Assembly: GCA_014361195.1 (NCBI GenBank)
Contig: JACIWA010000002.1
Span: 4,310 to 68,309, forward strand
Origin: Thermoplasmatales archaeon
GTDB taxonomy: Archaea; Thermoplasmatota; E2; UBA202; JdFR-43
DNA: 64,000 nt
Direction of reading: 5' to 3'
Position 1 is the first letter of the stretch, and every line of letters starts with the position of its first letter. Position numbers and translations under genes: made by a program. This document shows, piece after piece, positions 47,063 to 57,169 of the stretch. The notes beneath the pieces were generated by a model. It was not told the DNA's origin, did not search any database, and was given only the letters and a program-made list of their open reading frames with translations.

Positions 47063-48401
47063 GCTCTATATTTACTTTTGATATAACCATCGGGTAAGAA
47101 TATCCTACTTTCTCCGCCTCTTTCTCTTTCACTTCAACTTTAATCTTTCCTCCAAAAAATTTTTCATAAGCATTCTTTACTTCCTCCAAAAAATCGTTCC
47201 CGACTTCATCTTCTCCTTCAATCCTTATTTCAATTCTATCTATCCTATCCTGTATAAACTGATATCTCTTCAATTTCTTGCCTTTATTTCTCTCCAATAC
47301 CTCAATAAAGGGCATAGGGAGCGTGGCGGGCGGTATGAGGGCGCCCCCCTCCAGTATTATTGCATCCTTCCTTCTCCCTCCCAGGCACTCAAGGAGCGGG
47401 GTTTTTTGTCCGCAGTTACATTTTTGACTGGAAAGAGATGCTATGTCATTTAGCCCACTATACCTTATTATAGGAGTTGCGCTGGCATGGAGGCGGGTTA
47501 TTACAACGTTTCCTAACTCTCCTTCATTTACTTCCTCAAAATTTTTGTCAAGAATCTCTACATATGAAAAATCACTGTTTATGTGAAAACTTTTTTGAAG
47601 GCACTCAAAAGCTATCGATCCACCCTCAGTTGTTGCATAAAGATTTAATACCTTGCTGTTAAAAGCTTCTTCAACATATTTTCTTGAATAATCATCTAAA
47701 ACTTCCCCACTTGAAATTATATAATGTGGCGAAACTTTTCCTTGTTTTTTTCTTAGATAAGCCAATCCCATCAAAACACTTGGATACCCAATTATAAGTT
47801 TTGGAGAAAATTCCTCTATTTTTTCTAACAAATTCTTCACTTCCTCGCCAGCATATAAATTCTGATAATTTCTTAAAGAAAAGAAAGAGGATAAATTCTT
47901 CATCAATCCTTTCCTCAAACATTCTTCATCACTTGTTCTTGGGACAGAAAAGTCGCCTATATTTGTTATTCTATCTTTCCTCCAGTTTATTCCATAGGTA
48001 AGAAGTGGCCTTAACGCAAAAATCGCCTCTATCATTATGCATTCTATATCTTTGAATATTGTAATTGCCTTGCCAGATGAGCCAGAAGTGCTGACAGAAA
48101 TCTTATTTTTTTTATAGTTTTTTGGCAATATTTTATCTGGATAGGAATTTATCATATCCTCCTTTGTAACGACAGGTAATTTCTTTAAATCCTCTATACC
48201 TCTAACATCTTCTGGTTTTATACCCGCTTTTTTATATTTTTCATAATATAATGGGACTTTATATGCATATCTTATAACTCTTCTGATTGCTTTATCCTGA
48301 TATCTTTTTATTGCCTCCTCACTTTTCCACGCCCTTTTTCTATCTGTTAGATAATGTTTTACAATTTTTGCGGAGAATAACGGATTAAAGAGAGGATTCA
48401 T
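47037..48401 (-). CDS. PaaK/F390-synthetase-like adenylate-forming enzyme (phenylacetate-CoA ligase family)
   Basis: AMP-binding P-loop ISVSTSGSSGKAITIF, and later YATTEGGSIAFEC. Overlaps the downstream radical SAM gene by 26 nt. Confidence 0.7.
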   Translation of the reverse strand: MNPLFNPLFSAKIVKHYLTDRKRAWKSEEAIKRYQDKAIRRVIRYAYKVPLYYEKYKKAGIKPEDVRGIEDLKKLPVVTKEDMINSYPDKILPKNYKKNKISVSTSGSSGKAITIFKDIECIMIEAIFALRPLLTYGINWRKDRITNIGDFSVPRTSDEECLRKGLMKNLSSFFSLRNYQNLYAGEEVKNLLEKIEEFSPKLIIGYPSVLMGLAYLRKKQGKVSPHYIISSGEVLDDYSRKYVEEAFNSKVLNLYATTEGGSIAFECLQKSFHINSDFSYVEILDKNFEEVNEGELGNVVITRLHASATPIIRYSGLNDIASLSSQKCNCGQKTPLLECLGGRRKDAIILEGGALIPPATLPMPFIEVLERNKGKKLKRYQFIQDRIDRIEIRIEGEDEVGNDFLEEVKNAYEKFFGGKIKVEVKEKEAEKVGYSYPMVISKVNIEHEIQKSVK

Positions 48402-48482
48402 ATTTTTTCTTAAAAAGAAGCATTATAAATATTTTTTGTGAAAAAATAAAATCATATAAAAAATATTAAGAGGGGAAAAGGT

Positions 48483-48755
48483 TTATCTGGCGAGGTAAAT
48501 TTCTATACAGGAAACATTTACTTTTCCGCCCTGCTCGTTCGTTAGCTCTTCTGTGAATATTTTTACGTCCTCTATTTTTGCATCTGGTACAAATCTTCTT
48601 CTGACAATCTCTGCAACATCGACCGCTCTGGAGATGGCTCTTCCCCTCGCCTTTATTGCTACTTTGTTAGCTCCAGAGTTCAGCTGTGTTATTGCTGCCA
48701 ATACATAATTCATTGGCGGTTTATTTCCCACAAAGACTACATTTTCTTGCTGCAT
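48483..48755 (-). CDS. albA: chromatin protein Alba
   Basis: [21 protein letters not shown]...[26 protein letters not shown]...VSCIEIYL is a full-length Alba signature. Confidence 0.9.
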   Translation of the reverse strand: MQQENVVFVGNKPPMNYVLAAITQLNSGANKVAIKARGRAISRAVDVAEIVRRRFVPDAKIEDVKIFTEELTNEQGGKVNVSCIEIYLAR

Positions 48756-48852
48756 TTTAATCCCTCGACCAAAAATATGAAATTAAAATATAAAAGTATC
48801 GGTCTAAAAATTTTAATGCGAAATGTTTTTATAATAAATTAAGTTTTTTATC

Positions 48853-49329
48853 ATGCCAGATTTAAAAAAACTTCTTGAAATTGCGATAAAATCTGAAATA
48901 GATGCCGCAGAAAATTATAAGAAAATGGCAGACACAACTAACATATTTCTATTAAAGGATAAATTAAATTTTTTGGAAAAAGAAGAAATAGGGCATAGAA
49001 ATCTTCTTGAAAAACTCTTCAGCAAAAAATTCCCGGGAGAGGATATAAATCTACCTAAGGGGAGTGAGATACCATTTCCAGAATTTAAAGTAAATAAAAA
49101 TATGCAGTTATCTGATATGATAAGGAAGGCAATGGAAGCGGAAAAAATTGCATCTGATTATTATAAAAAAATGGAGGGAAGTTTGAGCAAAGAGGAGGAA
49201 AAAGCAATGGCGAGGTATTTAGCGAGTATGGAGGAAAGTCATTATTATCTTTTAAAAAGCGAGCTAGAAATAGCTTATAACTTCGAGTTATATGATGAAG
49301 TTCATGAAATGATGCATATTGGACCATGA
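48853..49329 (+). CDS. ferritin-like / rubrerythrin-family diiron-fold protein
   Basis: Two E..H helix motifs (EEIGHRNLLE and EESHYYLL) within a four-helix-bundle-sized protein. Confidence 0.45.
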   Translation: MPDLKKLLEIAIKSEIDAAENYKKMADTTNIFLLKDKLNFLEKEEIGHRNLLEKLFSKKFPGEDINLPKGSEIPFPEFKVNKNMQLSDMIRKAMEAEKIASDYYKKMEGSLSKEEEKAMARYLASMEESHYYLLKSELEIAYNFELYDEVHEMMHIGP

Positions 49330-49514
49330 ATAAAGTAGATTTGATATTTTTATCCTATATTCTTTTAATTCTACCCCTCGTTTCTTTAATCTATTTTGCA
49401 TATATTTTTACAAATCTGGATAAAATTTTTAGCATTTTAGGAGTAATCATATTTTGGGCTTTGGCAATTCCATACCCTTTATACTGGTATGGAAAGAATA
49501 GGATTTTTATATAA
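49326..49514 (+). CDS. small hypothetical membrane protein (2 TM)
   Basis: 62-aa ORF, ATGA-coupled to the upstream gene. Confidence 0.3.
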   Translation: MNKVDLIFLSYILLILPLVSLIYFAYIFTNLDKIFSILGVIIFWALAIPYPLYWYGKNRIFI

Positions 49515-49531
49515 GAAATAAATTCGCATAC

Positions 49532-49858
49532 ATGGAAAAAAAGGAAATGCTTGGATTATACATAGGAATAGGAGATGTATTTGAAAATGAAAAAAGGATA
49601 GGTGAGTGTATATTTAACTTAGAAATAATAATGATGCCCTCTGGAAAAATAGAGAGTGAGGGAGTTATTTTGGAAGTAACTGATGGTGAAATAAATTATG
49701 AGGGCAGAGAAGCAACTTTTAAAATATCAGGAATTTTAAGCAGAGATCATACTACCTACTCAACTGAATTTAAATGCAGAATAAGTCCAAAAACCTATCC
49801 AAAATTTGTTGTAGAAGATAGTGAAGAGATTTTCAAAAACCTAAAACCTAATCCTTAG
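49532..49858 (+). CDS. hypothetical protein
   Basis: 108-aa ORF. No motif recognised. Confidence 0.3.
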   Translation: MEKKEMLGLYIGIGDVFENEKRIGECIFNLEIIMMPSGKIESEGVILEVTDGEINYEGREATFKISGILSRDHTTYSTEFKCRISPKTYPKFVVEDSEEIFKNLKPNP

Positions 49859-51628
49859 CATTTCTGTTTTTTCCTTCGCCTTTGGAAGATGGAAATAAAG
49901 GGTAAATTTAACACCTTTTCCAAGCTCGCTCTCAACTTCTATTTTACCATCATATTGTTCCATAATTTTTTTTACAATATATAAGCCCATGCCGCTGCCC
50001 CTTCCGCCCTTCTTCCAGCCCTCCTCAAAAATTTTCTCTAATTCTTCTCTTAGGATGCCTTTTCCATCATCTTTAAAATAAATTTTATAGAAACCTCCTT
50101 CTCTTTCCCCGTATATTTCTATATTCTTGCAGTTTGAATGCTTTATTGAGTTGTCAATTAAATTTGAAAAAATATCTCTTATAAGATCATTGGCTAATAT
50201 TGAAACATCATTAATTTTGCACGATATTTTTATATCCTTTTCCTTTAATTTTTCTCCATAAAGGGAGCATTCTTCTTCTATGATTTCTTTTATTTTCACT
50301 GGCTGTATTTCTTTTTTTATTTTTCTTATTTCCTCCGCCTTCTTTACATTATTGACCAATCTATTTATATCATGAAGTGCCTCTCTTATTTTTTTGATAA
50401 ATAGCTCCTGTTTTTTTGTTATATTTGTTTTTTCAAGAAGGCCGAGATAGCCAATAGCAACCTCATTTTTGTTATAGATATCATGTCTCAAAAGAGAATT
50501 ATAAAATTCTGCTTCTTTCTCCTTCTCCTTTTCTGAAGTTATATCACTTACAACAACTATTACTTCTCCATCTAAGACCCTAGCCTTTTCCGTAGCAATA
50601 AATTCTCTATTTTTCCCTTTCCATTTACTTAAAAATTTCTCAACTTTTCCTTTCTTCAATTCTTCAAAAAATTTATCTCTGTTTTCAGAAAAATCTGAAA
50701 TTTTCTTTCCCTCTAATTCTTCAAAATTGTAACCCGATAGTTCTTCGAAACAATTATTAACATAAATTATATTTCCCTCCATATCAGTTTTGTAAATTGC
50801 GAAATCATCAATTATATTCTTGGCACTATCTATATTTTCAATTGCATTAGAGATAGCTATTCTTAAAAATTCAACTTTATCAACTTTTTCTTTATCAGAA
50901 TATGGAATTGAAATGAAGCCAGCGAATTCATTTCCTTTATATATTAAGAATTTTTGAAAATTTTCCTCAATTTTTCCTCTTTCCTTATCAAACAATTTTA
51001 TGTAGAATGGGGTATTTAGTTCTTCAAGAAATTGAGAAGCTTTATCAATTATTTCATCAATACTTTTACTTTTCAGCAAGTTATCAAAAATTTTGTATAT
51101 ATCTTCTTCTATAATAAATTCTAAAACATCAGTTGCTCTTATTATAACCCTTGCAGGTTTTTCATTTATTGAGATTTTTCCCTCGTATTCTCCTCTATCC
51201 AAAACAATTGATAAAATTTCCTCAAGCCTTTCTTTTCCCTCGACAATACCATATATATTTTTCCCTTTTAAATCGTTCCATTCCTCACTTGCTTGAAGGA
51301 TATTTCCCAAAAAATCAGTTATAAAAGATACCTCCTCTTTTTTAATTTCATTACCTATTGAATAAAATTTTCCATTATGCTTTATAACCTTTAAATAAAT
51401 TATTTTCCTTTCATTACCAATTTTTAAAATAAGTTTTCCCTCACTCCTTCCCTTCTTTTTTGCATCGTAAAAAATTTTTGCTGCTTTCTTCCTTTCTTCT
51501 CCTTCAAAAGCGTCTATAAAACTTTTTCCTATAAGTTCCTTACTGAGATTATTTACAAACTCAAAATTACCCATTCCATCCAAGATGAATGTTACGTATT
51601 CATCGAATAGCTTTATTATTCCCTCCAC
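49841..51628 (-). CDS. PAS-domain sensor histidine kinase (cytoplasmic)
   Basis: H-box SLLRHDIYNKNEVAIGYL. HATPase G-boxes GSGMGLYIVKKIMEQYDGKIEVESELGKGVKFTLYF. Two PAS-like segments upstream. Confidence 0.8.
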   Translation of the reverse strand: MEGIIKLFDEYVTFILDGMGNFEFVNNLSKELIGKSFIDAFEGEERKKAAKIFYDAKKKGRSEGKLILKIGNERKIIYLKVIKHNGKFYSIGNEIKKEEVSFITDFLGNILQASEEWNDLKGKNIYGIVEGKERLEEILSIVLDRGEYEGKISINEKPARVIIRATDVLEFIIEEDIYKIFDNLLKSKSIDEIIDKASQFLEELNTPFYIKLFDKERGKIEENFQKFLIYKGNEFAGFISIPYSDKEKVDKVEFLRIAISNAIENIDSAKNIIDDFAIYKTDMEGNIIYVNNCFEELSGYNFEELEGKKISDFSENRDKFFEELKKGKVEKFLSKWKGKNREFIATEKARVLDGEVIVVVSDITSEKEKEKEAEFYNSLLRHDIYNKNEVAIGYLGLLEKTNITKKQELFIKKIREALHDINRLVNNVKKAEEIRKIKKEIQPVKIKEIIEEECSLYGEKLKEKDIKISCKINDVSILANDLIRDIFSNLIDNSIKHSNCKNIEIYGEREGGFYKIYFKDDGKGILREELEKIFEEGWKKGGRGSGMGLYIVKKIMEQYDGKIEVESELGKGVKFTLYFHLPKAKEKTEMLRIRF

Positions 51629-51705
51629 ATAAATATTTTCATGTAGTATATAAATGTTTTTTGTAAAAAATCAAAATAATTAAAAATATATATTCTATTT
51701 ACTAT

Positions 51706-52758
51706 ATGGGATTGGAAAAAATAATTGAAAAATATAAAGGTGATGTAGCTATAGCAACATCCTGCTCCCATTCAAGTTTGCAAATTTTTAATGGAGCCAG
51801 AAAAGAAGGTTTTAAAAGCATTGGAATTGCTATTGGCAAAAAGCCTGATTTTTATGAAGCTTTTCCCCTTGGTAAACCAGATGAATTTATTATTCTAAAA
51901 AATTACAATGAAATAAACAAAAATGCTGAAAAATTTTATAAGAAAAAAGCAATAATAATTCCTCATGGCTCTTTTGTTGAATATATGGGTGCAAAAAATT
52001 TTATGAAATTAAAAGTTCCTACATTTGGAAATAAAAAGACTCTTGAATGGGAATCTGACAGAGAAAAAGAAAGGAAGTGGCTTGAGAGTGCGGGTTTAAA
52101 ATTACCAGAAACTATAGAAGACCCAAAAGATATAGATAGACCAGTAATAGTAAAATATTATGGTGCAAAGGGAGGAAAAAATTTTTTTATTGCAAGAAGT
52201 TATGAAGAATTTAAGAAAAAAGTTGAAAAAAAACCATATACAATTCAAGAATTTTTAATTGGAACAAGATATTATCTCCATTATTTTTATTCGCCTTTAA
52301 TTAAGGAAGGCTATAGAACCGCAAAAGGTAGTTTGCAGCTTCTTTCAATAGACAGGAGAGATGAAACAAATATCGATGAAGCACATCGCCTGGGATCATT
52401 TTCTGAGCTCGAGAAGATGGGGATTCAGCCAACATTTGTAGTTACAGGAAATACACCAATAGTTATAAGAGAATCACTCCTTCCAAAAGTTTTTGAAATG
52501 GGTAAAAGAGTTGTTGAAGCGTCCTACAAACTTTTCGGTGGGATAATAGGGCCTTTTTGCCTTGAAACAGTTATAACAGATAAACTTGAGATAAAAGTAT
52601 TTGAAATATCTGGAAGAATAGTTGCAGGGACAAACCTCTTCATTTCAGGTAGCACATATTCTGATTTAATTCAGCCCTCCTTGTCCACGGGCAGACGAAT
52701 TGCGCAGGAAATAAAATTTGCATTAGAGGAAGATAGTTTGGAAGAAATATTAACATGA
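51706..52758 (+). CDS. purP: FAICAR synthetase PurP (archaeal purine biosynthesis, ATP-grasp)
   Basis: IATSCSHSSLQIFNGARKEGFKSIGI matches the PurP N-terminal signature. C-terminal ATP-grasp. Confidence 0.75.
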   Translation: MGLEKIIEKYKGDVAIATSCSHSSLQIFNGARKEGFKSIGIAIGKKPDFYEAFPLGKPDEFIILKNYNEINKNAEKFYKKKAIIIPHGSFVEYMGAKNFMKLKVPTFGNKKTLEWESDREKERKWLESAGLKLPETIEDPKDIDRPVIVKYYGAKGGKNFFIARSYEEFKKKVEKKPYTIQEFLIGTRYYLHYFYSPLIKEGYRTAKGSLQLLSIDRRDETNIDEAHRLGSFSELEKMGIQPTFVVTGNTPIVIRESLLPKVFEMGKRVVEASYKLFGGIIGPFCLETVITDKLEIKVFEISGRIVAGTNLFISGSTYSDLIQPSLSTGRRIAQEIKFALEEDSLEEILT

Positions 52759-53366
52759 TGCATATTATAATTGGTGAGAGCGAGCTTGAAATTGGGAGCG
52801 AAATTGGCATAGATGATATTCTAGACTCCTCAATTCATTATCCTTATATGAGAAAACTTAAAGAGTGGAGAAGAAGGGGAAGACCAGATATAGCACACAT
52901 TTGTCTCTTAATCGCACTTGAATCAATTTTAAATAAAGAAAAATTACTCAAAATATATATTCATACAAGAAATGATAAAGTTATATATATTAATCCTGCA
53001 ACAAGAATAATAAAAAACTACAACAGATTTAAAGGATTGATGAAACAGCTCCTTAAATATGGCAGAGTGCCTTTGAGTGGATCTCCACTTATGAAAGTAA
53101 AAAAAGAAACACTTCCAGAGCTAATTGGCAAAATAAACGGTAAGAAAATTTTATTTAGCAGGAAAGGAAAGAAAAAGAGTCTTAAAGAATTATTTGAGGA
53201 AGAAACAGTTTGCATAATAGGAGGGTTTCCGAGCGGTGATTTTTCTTCTCCTGTGGAAAAATATGTAGATGAAGTAGTCAGCTTGCATGATGAGATGCTA
53301 CCCGCATGGATAGCGGAGATGGAAGCAATAGTGATGTATGAGGAATATTTAAGAGAAAGAATTTGA
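52755..53366 (+). CDS. nep1: ribosome biogenesis SPOUT methyltransferase Nep1/Emg1
   Basis: GRPDIAHICLLIALESILNKEKLLKIYIHTRNDKVIYINPATRIIKNYNRFKGLMKQLL is the Nep1 signature. ATGA-coupled to purP. Confidence 0.8.
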   Translation: MMHIIIGESELEIGSEIGIDDILDSSIHYPYMRKLKEWRRRGRPDIAHICLLIALESILNKEKLLKIYIHTRNDKVIYINPATRIIKNYNRFKGLMKQLLKYGRVPLSGSPLMKVKKETLPELIGKINGKKILFSRKGKKKSLKELFEEETVCIIGGFPSGDFSSPVEKYVDEVVSLHDEMLPAWIAEMEAIVMYEEYLRERI

Positions 53367-55067
53367 TTATTTCTCAAATAATTTCTTAAGATGATCCACC
53401 GTATATGTATTTATTACATCCTCCTTTTTTGCCCACCCTCTTCTCGCCACCGCAACACCCAGTTCATAGTATTTCAAATGTTCAAGGGTGTGAGCATCGG
53501 TCCCTATTGATAATTTAACTCTCATCTCAATAGCAAGCTTTGTATTTGTGTCATTTAAATCCAATCTATCAGGATAAGCATTTATTTCCATGATAACATT
53601 ATTATCCATTGCTGATTGCAAAACTTTTTCAATATCAACTTTTATTGGCTCTCTTTTCTGAATTATTCTACATGTGGGATGTGCTATTATATCAACATAT
53701 TCATTCTGTATCGCTTTTATAATACGGTTTGTCATTTCTTCTTCACTCATTCTAAAAGCGGTATGGACACTTGCAAGTACAATATCGACTTTACTTAAAA
53801 GAGAGTTACTGACATCTAGCTCACCATCTTTCATAATATTTGCCTCCACTCCGTGAAATATGTATATATCATCATATTTTTCCCTCAGCTTCTCTATTTC
53901 CTTACTCTGTTCAATTACTTTTTCCTCATTCATCCCTCCCGCTATTTTCAAACTCCCAACATGATCAGTTATTGCAATAAATTTATGTCCTAATTTTCTT
54001 GCTTCTTGAACCATTTCCTCTATTGTGTTTGCTCCATCACTCCATTCCGTATGCATTTGCAAGTCTCCTTTAACTTCTTCATATTCAACAATTTTCGGAA
54101 GCTTTCCATTCAATGCGAGCTCTATTTCTCCTCTATTTTCTCTCATTTCTGGAGGAATCCATTGCATCCCGAGCATCCTATATACCTCTTCCTCATTTTC
54201 TCCAGCAATTCTTACATCATTTTCAAACAACCCATATTCATTTAATTTGTATCCTTTCTTTATAGCAATTTTTCTGAGCTCTATATTGTGCTCCTTGCTA
54301 CCTGTGAAATATTGTAAGGCGGAGCCAAAGCTTTCCTTATCAACTATCCTCAAATCAACCTGTAACCCTCCATAAAGCCTTACAGAGGACTTTGTATCGC
54401 CTTTAGCAATTACCTTTTCAACATTTTTCATGCTTGTAAAAATATCCATAATTTTCTCGGAATTTTTTGATACCGCAAGTATATCAACGTCTCCTATTGT
54501 CTCCTTCCTTCTCCTTATAGATCCAGCCAAACTTATTTTATCTACATATTCCTTTAGCAAATCTATAATATCGAGAGCATCTTTTAAGGCGAATCCAAGC
54601 AAAAAGCGCTCTTGCCTTTTTCTCGCTATTTCTATTCCTTCGAGTATATTCTTTTCAGTTTTTTCTCCAAATCCTTTTAGCTGTCTTATTTTTCCTTCTC
54701 TAGCAGCTTTTTCCAGATCATCCAAATTTTTAACTCCTAGTTGCTCATACAGAGCCTTTATCATTTTTGGACCGAGTCCTTCAATTTTTGACAGACCCTC
54801 AATATCAACTGGTATTTTCTTCTTCATTTCCTCCAACTTACTTATCTTTCCTGTTTCTAAATATTCCTTTATTTTTTCCTCTATACTTTTTCCAACACCA
54901 GGTATTTTTTTCAATTCATCTTTCTTATACAATTCCTCTATATCAACACCTACGCTCTCTATGTTCTGTGCCGCCTTCCTGTAGGCGCGGGGTTTGAATT
55001 CTATACCCTCTATTTCAAGTAAATCCGCGAGTTCATAGAGCAATTTTGCGATTTCTTGGTTTTTCAT
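53367..55067 (-). CDS. polX: family X DNA polymerase (PolX) with C-terminal PHP phosphoesterase domain
   Basis: N-terminal pol-beta-like HhH (MKNQEIAKLLYELADLLEIEG...AYRKAA), nucleotidyltransferase core, and C-terminal PHP (LQMHTEWSDGA...HVGS...). Confidence 0.85.
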   Translation of the reverse strand: MKNQEIAKLLYELADLLEIEGIEFKPRAYRKAAQNIESVGVDIEELYKKDELKKIPGVGKSIEEKIKEYLETGKISKLEEMKKKIPVDIEGLSKIEGLGPKMIKALYEQLGVKNLDDLEKAAREGKIRQLKGFGEKTEKNILEGIEIARKRQERFLLGFALKDALDIIDLLKEYVDKISLAGSIRRRKETIGDVDILAVSKNSEKIMDIFTSMKNVEKVIAKGDTKSSVRLYGGLQVDLRIVDKESFGSALQYFTGSKEHNIELRKIAIKKGYKLNEYGLFENDVRIAGENEEEVYRMLGMQWIPPEMRENRGEIELALNGKLPKIVEYEEVKGDLQMHTEWSDGANTIEEMVQEARKLGHKFIAITDHVGSLKIAGGMNEEKVIEQSKEIEKLREKYDDIYIFHGVEANIMKDGELDVSNSLLSKVDIVLASVHTAFRMSEEEMTNRIIKAIQNEYVDIIAHPTCRIIQKREPIKVDIEKVLQSAMDNNVIMEINAYPDRLDLNDTNTKLAIEMRVKLSIGTDAHTLEHLKYYELGVAVARRGWAKKEDVINTYTVDHLKKLFEK

Positions 55068-55178
55068 ATTTATTCAATTTTTTTTTATTAATATATTTTA
55101 CTTTCCCATTAATGATTTTCTCTAGTTTAAGCTACCCAAATGAAAAAATTAAAATAAGCGATTATTTTAATTCAGCAA

Positions 55179-55820
55179 ATGATTGAGATAGTAGATATTT
55201 TGAAGAAAGAATATCCATATGTCAAGGGCACCGCTCTAAATTATACAAACCCTTTAGAACTTCTTATTGCAACTATTTTATCCGCCCAGACAACAGATGA
55301 AAGGGTAAATATGGTAACAAAAGAGCTTTTTAAAAAATACAGAAATGCTGAGGATTTTGCAAAAGCGGATATAAGCGAGCTTGAAAATTATATAAAAAGC
55401 GTGAATTTTTACAAAAATAAGGCAAGATATATAAAAGAGTGCTGTAAAATAATATCCGAAAAATATGGTGGAAAAGTGCCTGTTAATATGGAGGAATTGC
55501 TCTCTCTGCCTGGAGTGAGCAGAAAAACCGCAAATGTCGTTCTTTCAAACGCATTCAGAAAAGATGAGGGAATTGTTGTCGATACCCATGTGATGAGATT
55601 GAGCCAGAGAATAGGACTTACAAATGAGAAAAATAGAGAAAAAATTGAGAAAGATCTGATGAAGAAATTTCCAAAAGATAAATGGTTTGATTTGTCAAAT
55701 CTTTTAATTGCTCATGGAAGAAAAATATGCAGGGCAAAAAATCCACTTTGTGAGAAATGCGTCTTAAATAAGATATGCAGGAGTGCCTATGAGTATCGAA
55801 GAAGAGATAAGAAGGATTGA
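55179..55820 (+). CDS. nth: endonuclease III (Nth, HhH-GPD with [4Fe-4S] cluster)
   Basis: LPGVSRKTANVVL, catalytic-Lys HhH motif, and C-terminal CRAKNPLCEKCVLNKIC (Cx6Cx2Cx5C). Confidence 0.85.
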   Translation: MIEIVDILKKEYPYVKGTALNYTNPLELLIATILSAQTTDERVNMVTKELFKKYRNAEDFAKADISELENYIKSVNFYKNKARYIKECCKIISEKYGGKVPVNMEELLSLPGVSRKTANVVLSNAFRKDEGIVVDTHVMRLSQRIGLTNEKNREKIEKDLMKKFPKDKWFDLSNLLIAHGRKICRAKNPLCEKCVLNKICRSAYEYRRRDKKD

Positions 55821-56829
55821 AGAAGAAATAAAAAACACCCCCTACAATAAAGCAACCGAGAAACACATAGGGCGCCTCAAGGCGAAGCTCGCCCGCCTCA
55901 AGGAGGAGGCAAAAAAATCCGGGAAGAAGGGAGGGCATGGTTTTGCGATAAAAAAAGCGGGGGATGCAAGTGTTGCAATAGTTGGGCCACCTTCTGTTGG
56001 AAAATCTACTCTGCTGAACAGTTTGACGAATGCGAGGAGTGATGTTGCGGACTATGCCTTTACAACAAAATTGCCAGTGCCAGGGATGATGGAATATGAA
56101 GGAACTCAGATACAGATAATTGACTTGCCCGGTTTACTAAAAGGTAAAGCAGAAAAGGAAATAATTTCAATGGTGAGAAATGTTGATTTGATAATTATAA
56201 TGGTTGATATTTATACAGTTGATAAGATTGAAGAAATAGAAAAAGAGTTGAGAGAGGCGGGAATAAAGATAAACGAAAAAAAACCCGATGTTATAATAAG
56301 AAAAAAGGATAGAGGGGGATTTTCAATTCAATTTTCAAAAAAATGCAGGATGAGTGAGGAAGTTGCGAAAGCAATTTTAATGGAGTATCTAAATAATGCA
56401 GATGTTGTTATAAGAGATGATATTAATGAAGAGCAACTTATAGATGCAGTATTAGGAAATAAAGTATATTTGCCAGCTATTAGAGTAATAAATAAAATAG
56501 ATATTGAGCAAGTAGAAAAAAGCTTGGATGCAATTTATATATCAGCAAAATTTGGGCATGGACTAGAAGAATTAAAGAGAATAATTTTTGAAAAGCTTGA
56601 ATTGATAAGAGTTTATATGAAACCAGAAAAAAAGAAAATAGAAGAGAAGCCAATGGTTATGAAAAAAGGAGCTACTGTTAGAGATGTTTGTGAAAAGCTT
56701 CATCGTGACTTTGTAAAAAATTTTCAGTATGCAATAGTAAGGGGGAAATCAGTTTCTTTCAATGGACAAAGGGTAGGACTAAACCATGAGCTGGCTGATG
56801 GAGATATCCTTACAATAATCACCCGATAG
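55783..56829 (+). CDS. drg: DRG/Obg-family GTPase with C-terminal TGS domain
   Basis: G1 motif GPPSVGKSTLLNSL, G2 motif YAFTT, G3 motif DLPG, and a TGS-like C-terminus. Overlaps the nth 3' end by ~38 nt. Confidence 0.8.
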   Translation: MPMSIEEEIRRIEEEIKNTPYNKATEKHIGRLKAKLARLKEEAKKSGKKGGHGFAIKKAGDASVAIVGPPSVGKSTLLNSLTNARSDVADYAFTTKLPVPGMMEYEGTQIQIIDLPGLLKGKAEKEIISMVRNVDLIIIMVDIYTVDKIEEIEKELREAGIKINEKKPDVIIRKKDRGGFSIQFSKKCRMSEEVAKAILMEYLNNADVVIRDDINEEQLIDAVLGNKVYLPAIRVINKIDIEQVEKSLDAIYISAKFGHGLEELKRIIFEKLELIRVYMKPEKKKIEEKPMVMKKGATVRDVCEKLHRDFVKNFQYAIVRGKSVSFNGQRVGLNHELADGDILTIITR

Positions 56830-57169
56830 CTTTTTCCTTTCTTATCTCATCTATCATTTCATAAGCATATCTTATATGAGGTATTGTTATTGAGCCACCA
56901 ACTATAAGGGCTATATCCAAAGCTTCATATATTTCATCATTTGTATATCCTTCTTCAACGCATCTATCCAAGTGGTAAAGAATGCAATCATTGCATCTCA
57001 GCACAACTGATGCAACAAGCCCCAGCAATTCCTTTGTTTTTCTACTCAATTTGTTGTCCAGATAAACATTGTTGTCAAGGGAAAAAAATCTCTTTGTATT
57101 TAGTGTCCCCTCCTGCAAAATCTTCTTATTAATTTTTTCCCTATATTCCTTAAATTCTCTGTACCTCAT
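56819..57169 (-). CDS. carboxymuconolactone decarboxylase / AhpD-like family protein
   Basis: The core KELLGLVASVVLRCNDCILYHLDRCVEEGYT has the CxxC...H motif of the AhpD/CMD fold. Confidence 0.65.
   Translation of the reverse strand: MRYREFKEYREKINKKILQEGTLNTKRFFSLDNNVYLDNKLSRKTKELLGLVASVVLRCNDCILYHLDRCVEEGYTNDEIYEALDIALIVGGSITIPHIRYAYEMIDEIRKEKAIG

Noticed and set aside
45920-48401. RiPP-type precursor peptide next to the radical SAM / ligase pair
   Set aside because: There is no small Cys/Gly-rich ORF adjacent. The flanking genes are alba and csl4.
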